A stretch of 64,000 nt of DNA, taken from sequence record MW460245.1; one strand, given 5' to 3'. Positions 1 through 9,226 of this stretch are shown here, in pieces (the first letter of the stretch is position 1; every line of letters begins with the position of its first letter). The position numbers and the translations under genes were made by a program. Below the pieces are notes generated by a model that did no database searches, was not told the origin of the DNA, and worked only from the letters and a program-made list of their open reading frames with translations.

Positions 1-288
1 CCGGAACTTCGATTGCTTGATGAGGTCACGCACGTCGTCAATCGACCGCGTGTCGCTCATATTGATCTCTCGGTAGTCGGTATCCAGACGACCGTTGATC
101 GCCATGGCCACCGCACGACCAAGCGTCGTCTTACCTGCAGACGACGGGCCCAGGAACAGCAGCGCGTTCGGAATCTTGTTCGAGGCGATCATGCCCTTGA
201 GGCGGGTGACTGCCTGCTCGTGCCCGATGATCTTGTCGAGGGTCTTCGGACGATAGCGAAGGTGAAATGGCTGATTATTGTCAGACAT
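1..288 (-). CDS. DnaX-like clamp loader AAA+ ATPase (DNA pol III gamma/tau family), 5' part only; runs off the window
   Basis: Hand translation from ATG at 288: MSDNNQPFHLRYRPKTLDKIIGHEQAVTRLKGMIASNKIPNALLFLGPSSAGKTTLGRA...RSIDDVRDLIKQSKFR. Contains the RYRPxxxxxxxG, Walker A (GPSSAGKT) and IDDVR motifs of DnaX/RFC. Absent from the ORF track. Confidence 0.9.
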   Translation of the reverse strand, partial: MSDNNQPFHLRYRPKTLDKIIGHEQAVTRLKGMIASNKIPNALLFLGPSSAGKTTLGRAVAMAINGRLDTDYREINMSDTRSIDDVRDLIKQSKFR

Positions 289-323
289 GCGTGCATCCTA
301 ATTTGAAGTAACGCCCTAACACT

Positions 324-1259
324 GTGGAGAACGTTATGCTGCTGAAAAAGAAGATTGCAAAAGAGCGGACCCGCCAACTTGCCATTCATAGAAAAGATGG
401 TAGGTCTCTTGATGCAGAACCTATTTACTATACCTACGCTATTCTCGACACAACTAAACCAGGTCCCTGGAAGATTAGGCTCGCCGAAGACAAGCTGGTC
501 TCGTTTGAGTATCAGCCGTTTTACATTGGTAAGGGAACCCGAGGCAGACTTAAAGAGCATCTTCGGAACCATGCCTTGAAAAAGAAAAGTCACAAAGCTC
601 ACACCATTCAGGCAATACGAGACAAAGGTTATGAGCCTATAGTGATTCAGCTAAGTGCCTTAGAGGATGAAGCAACTGCGCTTGCAAAAGAAGTGATCCT
701 TATAGACAGCATAGGCAGACGCATAGAAGGCAAGGGGCCGCTAGCCAATGTGACTGCCGGCGGTGAAGGTCAGAGCAAGGTGAAAGTGACCAACAAGTTT
801 CGAAAAACAGTTAGCAAGAATACGCGAAACACTTGGGCTAACATGACTCCGGAACAGCGTGCAGCCCGGTGTAGAGCTATAGCAGAAGGACGAAAGAACA
901 TGTCGCCTGAAGCCAAGGCTGCACGGGCTGCTAAAGTAGGAGCAAAAACGAAAGCTTACATGGCAGGTCTCTCAGAGAAAGAGAGGAAAGAGCGTTCGAA
1001 GAAGTTAAGTAAAGCGGGAAAAGCGCACCATGCATCCTTGACTGAAAAAGAGAAGGAGGCAATAGCGCGCAAAAAGTTGGATACTATTATGAATAAGTCA
1101 GAAGAAGAGAAGGCGGCTACTGCCGCTAAAACATCTGCGTCTATGAAAGCCATGTATGCGAACATGACTGACAAAGATTGGAAAAAGTTTAGCAAGCTGC
1201 GTTCTCGAGGCAACCGCAAAGCCTGGGCTACCTCGAGAAAACATAAACGCGCATCATAA
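324..1259 (+). CDS. Free-standing GIY-YIG (LEM3-like) homing endonuclease with basic helical repeat C-terminus
   Basis: YYTYAILD...FYIGKGTRGRLKEH, conserved E (ALAKEVILI) and N (LANVTAGGEG); C-terminus has K/A-rich repeats (NMTPEQRAAR, NMSPEAKAAR). Confidence 0.8.
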   Translation: MENVMLLKKKIAKERTRQLAIHRKDGRSLDAEPIYYTYAILDTTKPGPWKIRLAEDKLVSFEYQPFYIGKGTRGRLKEHLRNHALKKKSHKAHTIQAIRDKGYEPIVIQLSALEDEATALAKEVILIDSIGRRIEGKGPLANVTAGGEGQSKVKVTNKFRKTVSKNTRNTWANMTPEQRAARCRAIAEGRKNMSPEAKAARAAKVGAKTKAYMAGLSEKERKERSKKLSKAGKAHHASLTEKEKEAIARKKLDTIMNKSEEEKAATAAKTSASMKAMYANMTDKDWKKFSKLRSRGNRKAWATSRKHKRAS

Positions 1260-1300
1260 GGGGTTGCGTCGCTCATGTCTGTAGCTTTCAGAGTTGTGGG

Positions 1301-1507
1301 TTACCGCTTCTTGTTACGGGGGTTGGACGTCCAGCGCTTCACTTCACCACGCATGCCGTCCATCATAGCTTCACCAAGTTGGCCTACCTTCTTGACCAAC
1401 TTCTCGTTGTTGAGCACCTCATCGTACTCACGCGTAACGTTCAGCACCAGAGGTTCGTACTGCTCTATCTGTATGGTTTTCTGAAGGTTGATGACTGTCT
1501 TTGCCAT
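1301..1507 (-). CDS. Hypothetical protein, 68 aa
   Basis: ORF with GGAG RBS, tightly packed behind the Cas4-like gene. Confidence 0.7.
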   Translation of the reverse strand: MAKTVINLQKTIQIEQYEPLVLNVTREYDEVLNNEKLVKKVGQLGEAMMDGMRGEVKRWTSNPRNKKR

Positions 1508-1519
1508 TGCTTGCTCCTG

Positions 1520-2461
1520 CTATTTACTTTGGTTACGCCGACGAGCGGCACGTTCCTGCTTCTTGATCTCTGTCTCAACCAGCGCGCGAATCGGTAGATG
1601 ATCCTTCGCTTTCCCGAATCGATACGCTGCGAGCAGCTTGGACTTCAACGACTCCTTCGTCTTCGATTTGCTACAGGTCTCACACCAAGGGTTGGTGCAC
1701 TTCTTATACTCAAGAAGTTCCAGCACGTCGCTCTTTGTCTCTATGTCCAGCACCTGCTTGTGCATCTTGTAGTACCGCTTCAGGCGCTGCTGGATCTTCG
1801 GGAAGTCGAAGTCTACGGAGAGCGGCTTGACCCACATCCCAGGCTTCATCGGATTGTCCCGCTCGATGAAACAGAGCATGACACCCTTCACCGTCTTACC
1901 GTATTGCTTCTTGAGCGTGTACGCATAGGCCTCGACCTGCTCGCGGTAGGAGTCACCTGGCTCCTTCAGTTTCTTCGGCAGACCTTTCGCGCTGGTCGTC
2001 TTGAAGTCCAGGATCCACAAGCCGCCCTTAGAATCAACAAAGATCGCATCGATGTGACCAACGATCCACTTGTGACGAATCTGAACCTCGTGGTACTCAG
2101 AGGGGAAGTCACAACAGTTTGGTTGCTTACAGAACCGATGCCACGTACCACACTCCTTACAATGCCAGTCAGCGATGAAGGACTGGGTGCGACCTAGGTG
2201 CGATTGCATCGTCTCATGCACCGCCGTTCCCACAGATGTGTAGAACGTTCCCTTGAGATCAAGGCTGTTCGTCAGACCTTTGGTAGCACGTTGCACGAAG
2301 GTATTGTGTGGACAAAAGGGAAGACCCGATGCGCGCACGGTGAGCACACGCCTCGGATCCATCTTCGAGAAAATCTCGCTATCGCGAAGCACTGAGTTGT
2401 AGACCTTTAGGAAGTCAGCGGCGACGCTGTGCTTCTTCATCGGGGAGAGTACGATAGCCAT
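1520..2461 (-). CDS. Cas4/AddB-like PD-(D/E)XK exonuclease with Cys clusters
   Basis: RASGLPFCP, GTAVHE, GHIDAIF, ILDFKTT, QVEAYAY motifs; one N-terminal Cys plus C-terminal CTNPWCETC; extra CKEC/CKQPNCC insert. Confidence 0.8.
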   Translation of the reverse strand: MAIVLSPMKKHSVAADFLKVYNSVLRDSEIFSKMDPRRVLTVRASGLPFCPHNTFVQRATKGLTNSLDLKGTFYTSVGTAVHETMQSHLGRTQSFIADWHCKECGTWHRFCKQPNCCDFPSEYHEVQIRHKWIVGHIDAIFVDSKGGLWILDFKTTSAKGLPKKLKEPGDSYREQVEAYAYTLKKQYGKTVKGVMLCFIERDNPMKPGMWVKPLSVDFDFPKIQQRLKRYYKMHKQVLDIETKSDVLELLEYKKCTNPWCETCSKSKTKESLKSKLLAAYRFGKAKDHLPIRALVETEIKKQERAARRRNQSK

Positions 2462-2485
2462 GGAGTTATCCTATTTCATCAAGCT

Positions 2486-2492
2486 TATTTAC
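2486..2492 (-). promoter_or_regulatory. GTAAATA motif (putative phage promoter); also at 1521-1527, 12071-12077 and 51771-51777
   Basis: Same heptamer 13-31 nt upstream of four - strand starts; resembles the T4 late TATAAATA element. Confidence 0.45.
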
Positions 2493-2556
2493 TACATTGG
2501 TGTGTCCCTACATCCTCAAAATCGGAACCTAACGCCTAGGTAGAGTATCGCTCACA

Positions 2557-2565
2557 CGAATTTGA
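2557..2565 (+). promoter_or_regulatory. CGAATTTGA motif (putative phage promoter)
   Basis: Exact copies at 2557, 12113, 33937 (+) and 58589-58597 (-), all intergenic and upstream of a start. Confidence 0.6.
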
Positions 2566-2600
2566 CAGCACTAGCAGTAACCATTCCTATTGGAGAAAAC

Positions 2601-4745
2601 ATGCGGAATTTTCAACTGACCGATGCCGGCGTAGCGATGATAAAGGCGGCTACTGGCCCGGTTATCTGCGACACGGCCAAGCTGGGCAGCGGTGTGAACT
2701 ACGTACCGCAAGCTTCTGACACTGACATCCACGGTTTGCTTGTATGGACGGCTCCTGTTGCGCCGCCTGCAATCATCAACGCCAACATCATTCGTTATAC
2801 GGTTGCCCTGGACTACGACCTCGGTGACTTCGACTTCGGTGAGGTTGGCCTGTTCGTTGGTCCGACGCTGTTTGCGCTGGGTTCCAACAACGTCTACTTC
2901 CACAAGTACAAGATCGATTCGCCGAACGGAACCGGCAACGCAATGCGTATCGATATCTACCTGTCGATGGTCGGTCTCAACTACGACATGTGGGGTGACC
3001 TCGCTGAGTCGAACAACCCGTTCCGAGTGGCAGTGCTGGAATCGGTCGACTACCTGCCAATGTCCAAGGACGCGACGCCGAACATGTATGCAGTGCAAGG
3101 CGCCTCCTCCGATCAGAGCGCCTTCCTCGCGTACACGGATCGTCAAGGTCTCTGGCAGTTCGATGCTTACGCGTATGCGAACACGCTGGGCGCTAACATC
3201 ATCAATGCGACCAACAAGTCCATTACGCTGAAGCTTTCGGACTTCAAGGAGGACTTGCGGCCTCTGTACTACGGTATGCTGATCGCAGAGTTCGCTGCTG
3301 GTCCTATCGCGACGACCTGCCGGAATATCGAGAGTGTGGTCATCAGCGGTGGCGTGGTCGTGATGAACTTCCGCACGCCTCTGGCAATGTTGCCGAACAT
3401 CGGTGATCCGGTGATCTTCTTCAACCGGCAAGCGCTGAGTGTGTCCAGTGTCATTCTGCCGATCGCGACGAAGACGAAGCTGGGTGGTGTGATTGTTGGT
3501 GATGGTCTCGATATCACGCCTTCGGGCGTGCTGAGCATCAACAAGATGGCGTTCCCTGTTACGTCGGTTAACGATATGACAGGTGATGTGCATATCGATG
3601 CGTCTAACCTGCCTGGGCTGGCGCGTGTTGCCCAGACTGGCTCGTACAAAGACCTGAAGGACAAACCGCCTACCTATACGCTCCCAGTCGCAACTCAAAC
3701 TCGTCTGGGTGGTGTGAAGGCTCCTCAGACGTTGAATCACCTGGCGATTGCAGGTGATGGTACGATCGACCTGACGTTCGAACCTGTGAAGTCGGTGAAC
3801 GGTGTGTTCCCTGATCCGAACGATGGTAATGTGGTGATCGCAGTCCCTGGTGTACCGACTGGTCTGACGAATGCTAAGGCTATGGCGGCAGGTGATGACC
3901 TGAACACGTACACCACGGTTGGTCTGTACTTTGCTGTAGACCAAGTTGGTCCAACGATTAAGAACCTGCCAGAAACTGGCATGCCGTCAAGTTGGACGCT
4001 GGAAGTGGTTCCGCTCTATCCTGACCAAGGTTCAGGCGATGTCATTCAACGTATCATGACTGCGGTGAAGATGTATTGGCGCCGTCTGACAGGTACGCAG
4101 TGGAGCGCCTGGATTCAGTTCAACCCCGCGCCTCCGGTTGTCGTGTATGCGTCGAAAACGCAAGCTGGTATCATGCAGGTTGGTGACGGTTTGAATGTCA
4201 CTGGCAATGGGTTGGTGTCCACACAAATCCAATCGGTTAACGGGCATAAGGATCAGGATATTGTCCTTACTGCGGATGACGTCCAGGCGATCCCTGCACC
4301 AGAGAAAGATCAAGAAGGTGGTGTAGCTAGCCTGACTGCTCGGAACCCGGATGATCCGACGCAGGCTGACGATGAATACACATTTGGTCGTGTGCCCTTC
4401 CGAGAACTTCCGTTCGGAGCCTGGAACTATACCAACTACTGGGACGCAGCGCAGAACATCATCGGCGATCCGTTCCCTCCGCCTGATCCGAGTGATCCGA
4501 CAAGCCCGGCTATTGCTAATCGAGCTATGCACTCGAATGGACGCGCGGACGTTGACACGAAGCTTGGTGTACAACGTAACGTGCTAGTTACCGGTAATAC
4601 ATATCTGGTGACTGTGGCTGGTGGGACTCCGCTGGACGGAATCAACGATTGGCAAGTCGGCGATATTGCGGTCTCGCTGAATGGCAAGTGGCATCGGATC
4701 ATCACCGACTTCACCAACACTGTATTCAGTGCCGGCACCTTTTAA
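2601..4745 (+). CDS. Tail fibre protein 1 (baseplate-anchor N-domain, fibre repeats, pyocin-knob-like domain)
   Basis: ATG 2601 after GGAGA. N-terminus LTDAG...KLGSGVNYVP..DTDIHG is shared with three other fibres; ATxTxLGGV repeats; GDDLNTYTTVGLY...WSAWIQ knob. Confidence 0.85.
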   Translation: MRNFQLTDAGVAMIKAATGPVICDTAKLGSGVNYVPQASDTDIHGLLVWTAPVAPPAIINANIIRYTVALDYDLGDFDFGEVGLFVGPTLFALGSNNVYFHKYKIDSPNGTGNAMRIDIYLSMVGLNYDMWGDLAESNNPFRVAVLESVDYLPMSKDATPNMYAVQGASSDQSAFLAYTDRQGLWQFDAYAYANTLGANIINATNKSITLKLSDFKEDLRPLYYGMLIAEFAAGPIATTCRNIESVVISGGVVVMNFRTPLAMLPNIGDPVIFFNRQALSVSSVILPIATKTKLGGVIVGDGLDITPSGVLSINKMAFPVTSVNDMTGDVHIDASNLPGLARVAQTGSYKDLKDKPPTYTLPVATQTRLGGVKAPQTLNHLAIAGDGTIDLTFEPVKSVNGVFPDPNDGNVVIAVPGVPTGLTNAKAMAAGDDLNTYTTVGLYFAVDQVGPTIKNLPETGMPSSWTLEVVPLYPDQGSGDVIQRIMTAVKMYWRRLTGTQWSAWIQFNPAPPVVVYASKTQAGIMQVGDGLNVTGNGLVSTQIQSVNGHKDQDIVLTADDVQAIPAPEKDQEGGVASLTARNPDDPTQADDEYTFGRVPFRELPFGAWNYTNYWDAAQNIIGDPFPPPDPSDPTSPAIANRAMHSNGRADVDTKLGVQRNVLVTGNTYLVTVAGGTPLDGINDWQVGDIAVSLNGKWHRIITDFTNTVFSAGTF

Positions 4746-4754
4746 GGATTCAAG

Positions 4755-5426
4755 ATGGCAAAGGTACAACACCTCTTCACAACAACGAAGGGTGCTGTAC
4801 CGCCGGCAGCTAGTCTGCTGCGCGGGCAGCTCTCTATCAATATACCTGACCAGAATGTCCACGCTCTTACGCCTGACCTCAAGGTAGGTGTAGTGTCGTC
4901 AGGCGTTCAGGGTATGCCCAACGCAATGGGCTCTACAGGAGTCCACGTTCCTGTAGACCTGCACCCTGTAGCGCAATTCGCTCCTGGATACACGAACGCA
5001 GAGATTGCGGCGAAGTTTAGAGTGAGTGGTGGTACGGCAACTCTTGATATCGTACCTCTGTTTGCCTTCGGCCGTCTGTGGTACATCCCGAAGAGCAGTT
5101 GCCCTGTGTCGCCGATCGGTTTGTACTACGTGTTCCTGGACGGGATCGCACGCAGCGCTGCGATTGGCTCTCTTGCTGCTGCACCTTCTCACAGCGGAAA
5201 GATCATCCCGAGGCTCCAGCAGGGCAGCTTTGTGTTCCAGTCGGACGGTGCAATTCGTCCTTGGTTCTATATGCAAGGTTCTCGTGGCTTGGCCAACGGA
5301 ACTCCCGGTGAGCAGGATGGTACTGTACTCATCTATCGCGTGTCAGACGTGAAGGTATCTGGAGGTATCCCTGTTTCGCAAGGCTTCGCAGGAGCGGATG
5401 CCACTTCCTATTGGGGTGCGCCATGA
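4755..5426 (+). CDS. Putative fibre-associated protein with Mtd_N-like N-terminus
   Basis: TTTKGAVPPAASLLRGQLSINIPD resembles the N-terminal fibre motif of the 19444 gene; lies in the fibre operon. Confidence 0.55.
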   Translation: MAKVQHLFTTTKGAVPPAASLLRGQLSINIPDQNVHALTPDLKVGVVSSGVQGMPNAMGSTGVHVPVDLHPVAQFAPGYTNAEIAAKFRVSGGTATLDIVPLFAFGRLWYIPKSSCPVSPIGLYYVFLDGIARSAAIGSLAAAPSHSGKIIPRLQQGSFVFQSDGAIRPWFYMQGSRGLANGTPGEQDGTVLIYRVSDVKVSGGIPVSQGFAGADATSYWGAP

Positions 5427-6037
5427 GTATTAGTCCAGTAGTGTTCACCCACTTGGTGCCGTCAAACGTCGTAGGTATAACACCTCCGTTGAATCCCGCA
5501 ACTGGATGTTTCGTGTTCCAGGACGTGCTGCGTGGTCTGTATGTCCAGAAAACAGCAGCACCTGCAACGCCTAAGCTGGTTGGTTACGTGCCTGCCTACA
5601 GCGACACGTTCGGTGGCATCAAGCAGCTTGCACGCGAACTTGATGTGCGGTTCAACCCTCAGGTGACGACAGGCTACACTGTGTCAGGCACAGGTGGTAA
5701 CATCACCGTCAACTATCCAGCCCTGAAGATTCTGTGGGACGGCGTGGTGCAGAACCTTCCTTCGGGCAGCACAACCCAGCAGCTTGCGGACGGGCAGTGG
5801 AGCTTGGTCGTGACCTATGCTTGGGGTCTCTCGAATCCGCAGTTCATTCAGACATCGCAGGCCGACCCTGGTGGTATATACATAGAGTTGTGTCAGGTGA
5901 CAGTAAGCGGCGGTGCAGGAACGGTTAAGAATGGTCAGGTGTCTAGCAAGTGGATGGCTGGTGTGCTGATAGCACCTAGCGCCTCTGTTGCTAACGGTGT
6001 ACCAGTAAGTGACGCCACCGGCAAGATGCCGTGGTGA
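5423..6037 (+). CDS. Hypothetical virion protein
   Basis: ATGA overlap with the previous stop; beta-rich; operon context. Confidence 0.65.
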   Translation: MSISPVVFTHLVPSNVVGITPPLNPATGCFVFQDVLRGLYVQKTAAPATPKLVGYVPAYSDTFGGIKQLARELDVRFNPQVTTGYTVSGTGGNITVNYPALKILWDGVVQNLPSGSTTQQLADGQWSLVVTYAWGLSNPQFIQTSQADPGGIYIELCQVTVSGGAGTVKNGQVSSKWMAGVLIAPSASVANGVPVSDATGKMPW

Positions 6038-6047
6038 AGGAGAATAT

Positions 6048-9000
6048 ATGAGGACCATTAAAGGCGGCCAGTACAAGGTTCAGACCAACACTGGCATCCT
6101 GACGACTGGTGAATTGGGTATCGATGCCCAAGATCATCTTGTGACGAAAGACCTCCAAGGCAACCTCGTCACGGTAGGTAATCCTGATAACAGTACGTCC
6201 ATGACAGACCTCAAGCAGCAATTCGCAGAAGAGGTCATGGACATTAGCAGCGCGAAAACATTGGGTTCCGGCTACGTGTTCCTGAACGGTACGTCCTATG
6301 ACGGTGTAGGGCTTGGCATCTATGAGTTCGAGGAACGCGATGGTCGTGTGTACGGTCTTTATGGGCGCACTGATGGCGTGAGCCAGCAAGTGTTCCTTAG
6401 TGGTGGCTTCAGCAACGCACAGGATCAGCAGTACACCACTGTACCTTACGTGCCACCGTTTCTAGTCGGTAACAGCTGGCAGGCTCAATCGGTTTGCGGT
6501 ACAGGGCTTGCATCGTTCTGCGTCCAGCTGCGCGATACGACTCCCGGAAGCACTGCATCACCTCGGTACATCTATGTCCGCCACAACAATTCGCTCATCA
6601 ATCTTGCAGGCCATTCGTATGTAGAGATCACGGACGCCGTGAACTACTACCTTCAGCAACTCAAAGGGCAAGGTCTTAACATTACTGCAGGTATCATGCC
6701 GACGGTGTCCTTGGTTGGCGAGATCATGCTGATTGCATGGGGCGAATGGTCTGAAACCTCCGCATGGCTCGGTGCATGGAACAGCCCTAGCGCCTCGATG
6801 CCGTGGACGACTAATCCCTTGCCGTCTGTAGCGGCCGCGCCTCCGTATAACCCATCTCGTTTGCAGGTGGCATCTACCAACTGGCCGGGTGGTGAGATAA
6901 CGACAGGAGAACTGCCGTCGATCATGGGTAACCGTGCTCCGGGCGGGATGAGCATCTTCAAGATTTACAACGTAGGCACTGGTCAGGTGACCGACGTCAC
7001 GTACAACAACTTTCCGCAGCCGATTATCTCTGGGTGGAGCTCAAACAACCCAGTGACGATCCTCGGGGATTACGACGACGCAGGTAACTACTTCGTTGCT
7101 CTGGGAACAGCCATGGCGCCCGGTGACGCCTTAGGCAATGGGGCGTCGAATTTCCTGATGTACAGCCTCAATCTAACGTTCAATGGGACCCCGGGCCAGT
7201 CAACCCAGGTGACACTGAACTATCCGAAGGCAGGACAGAGCGGTACGGACCTGCACTATGTTCAGGATGTGCCATTCTTGGTACCATTCAATCCGAACGT
7301 GGCTCAACCTCGGGAAGACCTGGTGTCGGATAACAACAGCCCAGTCTCTAAGTACGGTAAGCTGCCGCTGTGCGCGTACCACACAGGCTACGGGAACAAG
7401 TTCGGTAATCAAGCTACGGCAAGTTGGTACTACTCTGGGGCTATGACCTTCACGGGATTCGGAGGTGGTACGATCCTGCGAGGTGTCGTCAACAACGGGG
7501 CAGAGCGTGGTTCGAAAAATGCTGCGCGCCATAACAAAGTGCGTCAGATATGGCCCATGTTCAATGTAGTACCGCGTAGTGACTTCTCGCCGACCGGTAG
7601 TTCGATGAGCAGGGCGTTGGTAGTGCCGTCTGGCAAGGCATCGTATTACATGCCAGGCCACTTCATTGCACCTGACACTATCCTGAGTCCTTCGTACAAC
7701 AACCTGTCCCAGCTTCAATGGACAGTATCGAAGCTGCCTCCGAATTCGAATATCAACGATGCGTCGTATAACCGATTTGGTACGGCAGTCTCTGGGTTCA
7801 AGAGTCGGGTTGCTGAGTACCTTACCAATCTGCCATCTCCAGGTACGACGTCCAGCACATATGGGTGCCTGTGGTCGACGAACTTCCCGAACGGAGGTGA
7901 TGCAAGCGTATATAAGAACTTCCAATTTCCGGTGCTATCTGACGCAGGTTACAACCCTGCAGAGATCAATGGCGCTAACACGAGATATGGAGACTGGACG
8001 TTCTCGAACGGTGTGTACAACGCCCCGCCAGTGAACGGTAGTTACCACTCCAACATTCTCGGGCAGTTGGCTGCACTCAAGCCTGTCGTAATCAACGCGG
8101 CGAAGGCTGCGTACACTGATACAGGTACGACGTATCACATAGAGGTGGTGCCGGTTATCAATCAGGATGGCACTGGTGTTATAAAGGGTTTCGGTATCCT
8201 GTGGGCCCAGAGTGCTAACAATCCCAAGATTGGATTATGCACTACCTTTACGACGCCCATGGCCTCGCCTGGAGGGATCGTCCAATTTACTGATACGACC
8301 CAGTGCACCATCGTAGGGCAAAACATGGTCGTAACAAATGGCATCGCGGGACCTATACTATCGAGAGATAACTACTCGTATGGTCGTCTCTTTGTAATGT
8401 ACGCGTATGGTATCAGCTATGCAGCGTGGACTTGTCTGTCACCGCTGCATGTGTCAGGCGATGCCCTGCTCAACGTGATGTATTTCAAAGGCCCTGCTGA
8501 TTGGAGCAACGTGACATACGCTGGTTGGTGCGGTTCTCAGAGTCGCGCCATGATATCGATGAGTGCGCAACACAATGGTATGGCGAAGGTTCCGTACCGT
8601 GATGGTTTCACTGTACCTACTGCTGACGTGCCTCTTTCGTTGTATCAGGATACGGATGTAGGTGGAGCCACTTCGTTCATGGCAGGTACGATTGATAAGG
8701 CGATGCAGAATCCGTCGAACCTCATCCCAGGTGGCGATCACTCGTATAACCTGAAAGAGATGCTGACGCTGCAAGCAATCGCAGGGAACTACACGCTTCA
8801 AATCGGTGCAGTGCAAGGGCGGCTTAACCACAAGCAGTACAGCCTGCCCTCCACCTTCATCGATATGAACGACAGCGTTAAGTTCCCGCAAGGTACGTAT
8901 TACCTGTACCTTGTAGATCCGCAGGATGGTACACCTGTTCACTTTGAGGTCGATACGGCACAACGACCTGAATCGAATACCAATATGTACTTTGGTCGCT

Positions 9001-9140
9001 TCACCAAGGACGCGCAGTCGTTCTCGAATCAGGTGTCAGTATCAGAAGTCGTGAGGTTTGGAACAGCACGCCTCGCAAACGACTCATCAAACAAGAAGGT
9101 TCAGGGTTCCAGCATTCGTGTTGGTCCTTATGTAGGTTAG
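6048..9140 (+). CDS. Large (~1030 aa) putative tail fibre/receptor-binding protein
   Basis: ATG 6048 after GAAGGAG; N-terminal LTTGELGIDAQDHLVTKD motif; G/S/T/N/Y-rich beta composition. Confidence 0.65.
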   Translation: MRTIKGGQYKVQTNTGILTTGELGIDAQDHLVTKDLQGNLVTVGNPDNSTSMTDLKQQFAEEVMDISSAKTLGSGYVFLNGTSYDGVGLGIYEFEERDGRVYGLYGRTDGVSQQVFLSGGFSNAQDQQYTTVPYVPPFLVGNSWQAQSVCGTGLASFCVQLRDTTPGSTASPRYIYVRHNNSLINLAGHSYVEITDAVNYYLQQLKGQGLNITAGIMPTVSLVGEIMLIAWGEWSETSAWLGAWNSPSASMPWTTNPLPSVAAAPPYNPSRLQVASTNWPGGEITTGELPSIMGNRAPGGMSIFKIYNVGTGQVTDVTYNNFPQPIISGWSSNNPVTILGDYDDAGNYFVALGTAMAPGDALGNGASNFLMYSLNLTFNGTPGQSTQVTLNYPKAGQSGTDLHYVQDVPFLVPFNPNVAQPREDLVSDNNSPVSKYGKLPLCAYHTGYGNKFGNQATASWYYSGAMTFTGFGGGTILRGVVNNGAERGSKNAARHNKVRQIWPMFNVVPRSDFSPTGSSMSRALVVPSGKASYYMPGHFIAPDTILSPSYNNLSQLQWTVSKLPPNSNINDASYNRFGTAVSGFKSRVAEYLTNLPSPGTTSSTYGCLWSTNFPNGGDASVYKNFQFPVLSDAGYNPAEINGANTRYGDWTFSNGVYNAPPVNGSYHSNILGQLAALKPVVINAAKAAYTDTGTTYHIEVVPVINQDGTGVIKGFGILWAQSANNPKIGLCTTFTTPMASPGGIVQFTDTTQCTIVGQNMVVTNGIAGPILSRDNYSYGRLFVMYAYGISYAAWTCLSPLHVSGDALLNVMYFKGPADWSNVTYAGWCGSQSRAMISMSAQHNGMAKVPYRDGFTVPTADVPLSLYQDTDVGGATSFMAGTIDKAMQNPSNLIPGGDHSYNLKEMLTLQAIAGNYTLQIGAVQGRLNHKQYSLPSTFIDMNDSVKFPQGTYYLYLVDPQDGTPVHFEVDTAQRPESNTNMYFGRFTKDAQSFSNQVSVSEVVRFGTARLANDSSNKKVQGSSIRVGPYVG

Positions 9141-9226
9141 TGTTTGAAGTGGTAGAGAAAGGGTGGGCTGAGTCCCAACTAGGTCCACCCTCCCTTTAGG
9201 AGTTCCCTCTTGTGCCGGAGGTGTAT

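Noticed and set aside
13-306. + strand 97-aa ORF
   Set aside because: Shadow of the - strand DnaX-like gene, which has clear family motifs.
324-1259. Group I intron around the endonuclease
   Set aside because: The flanking genes are intact and on the other strand; no interrupted exon pair.
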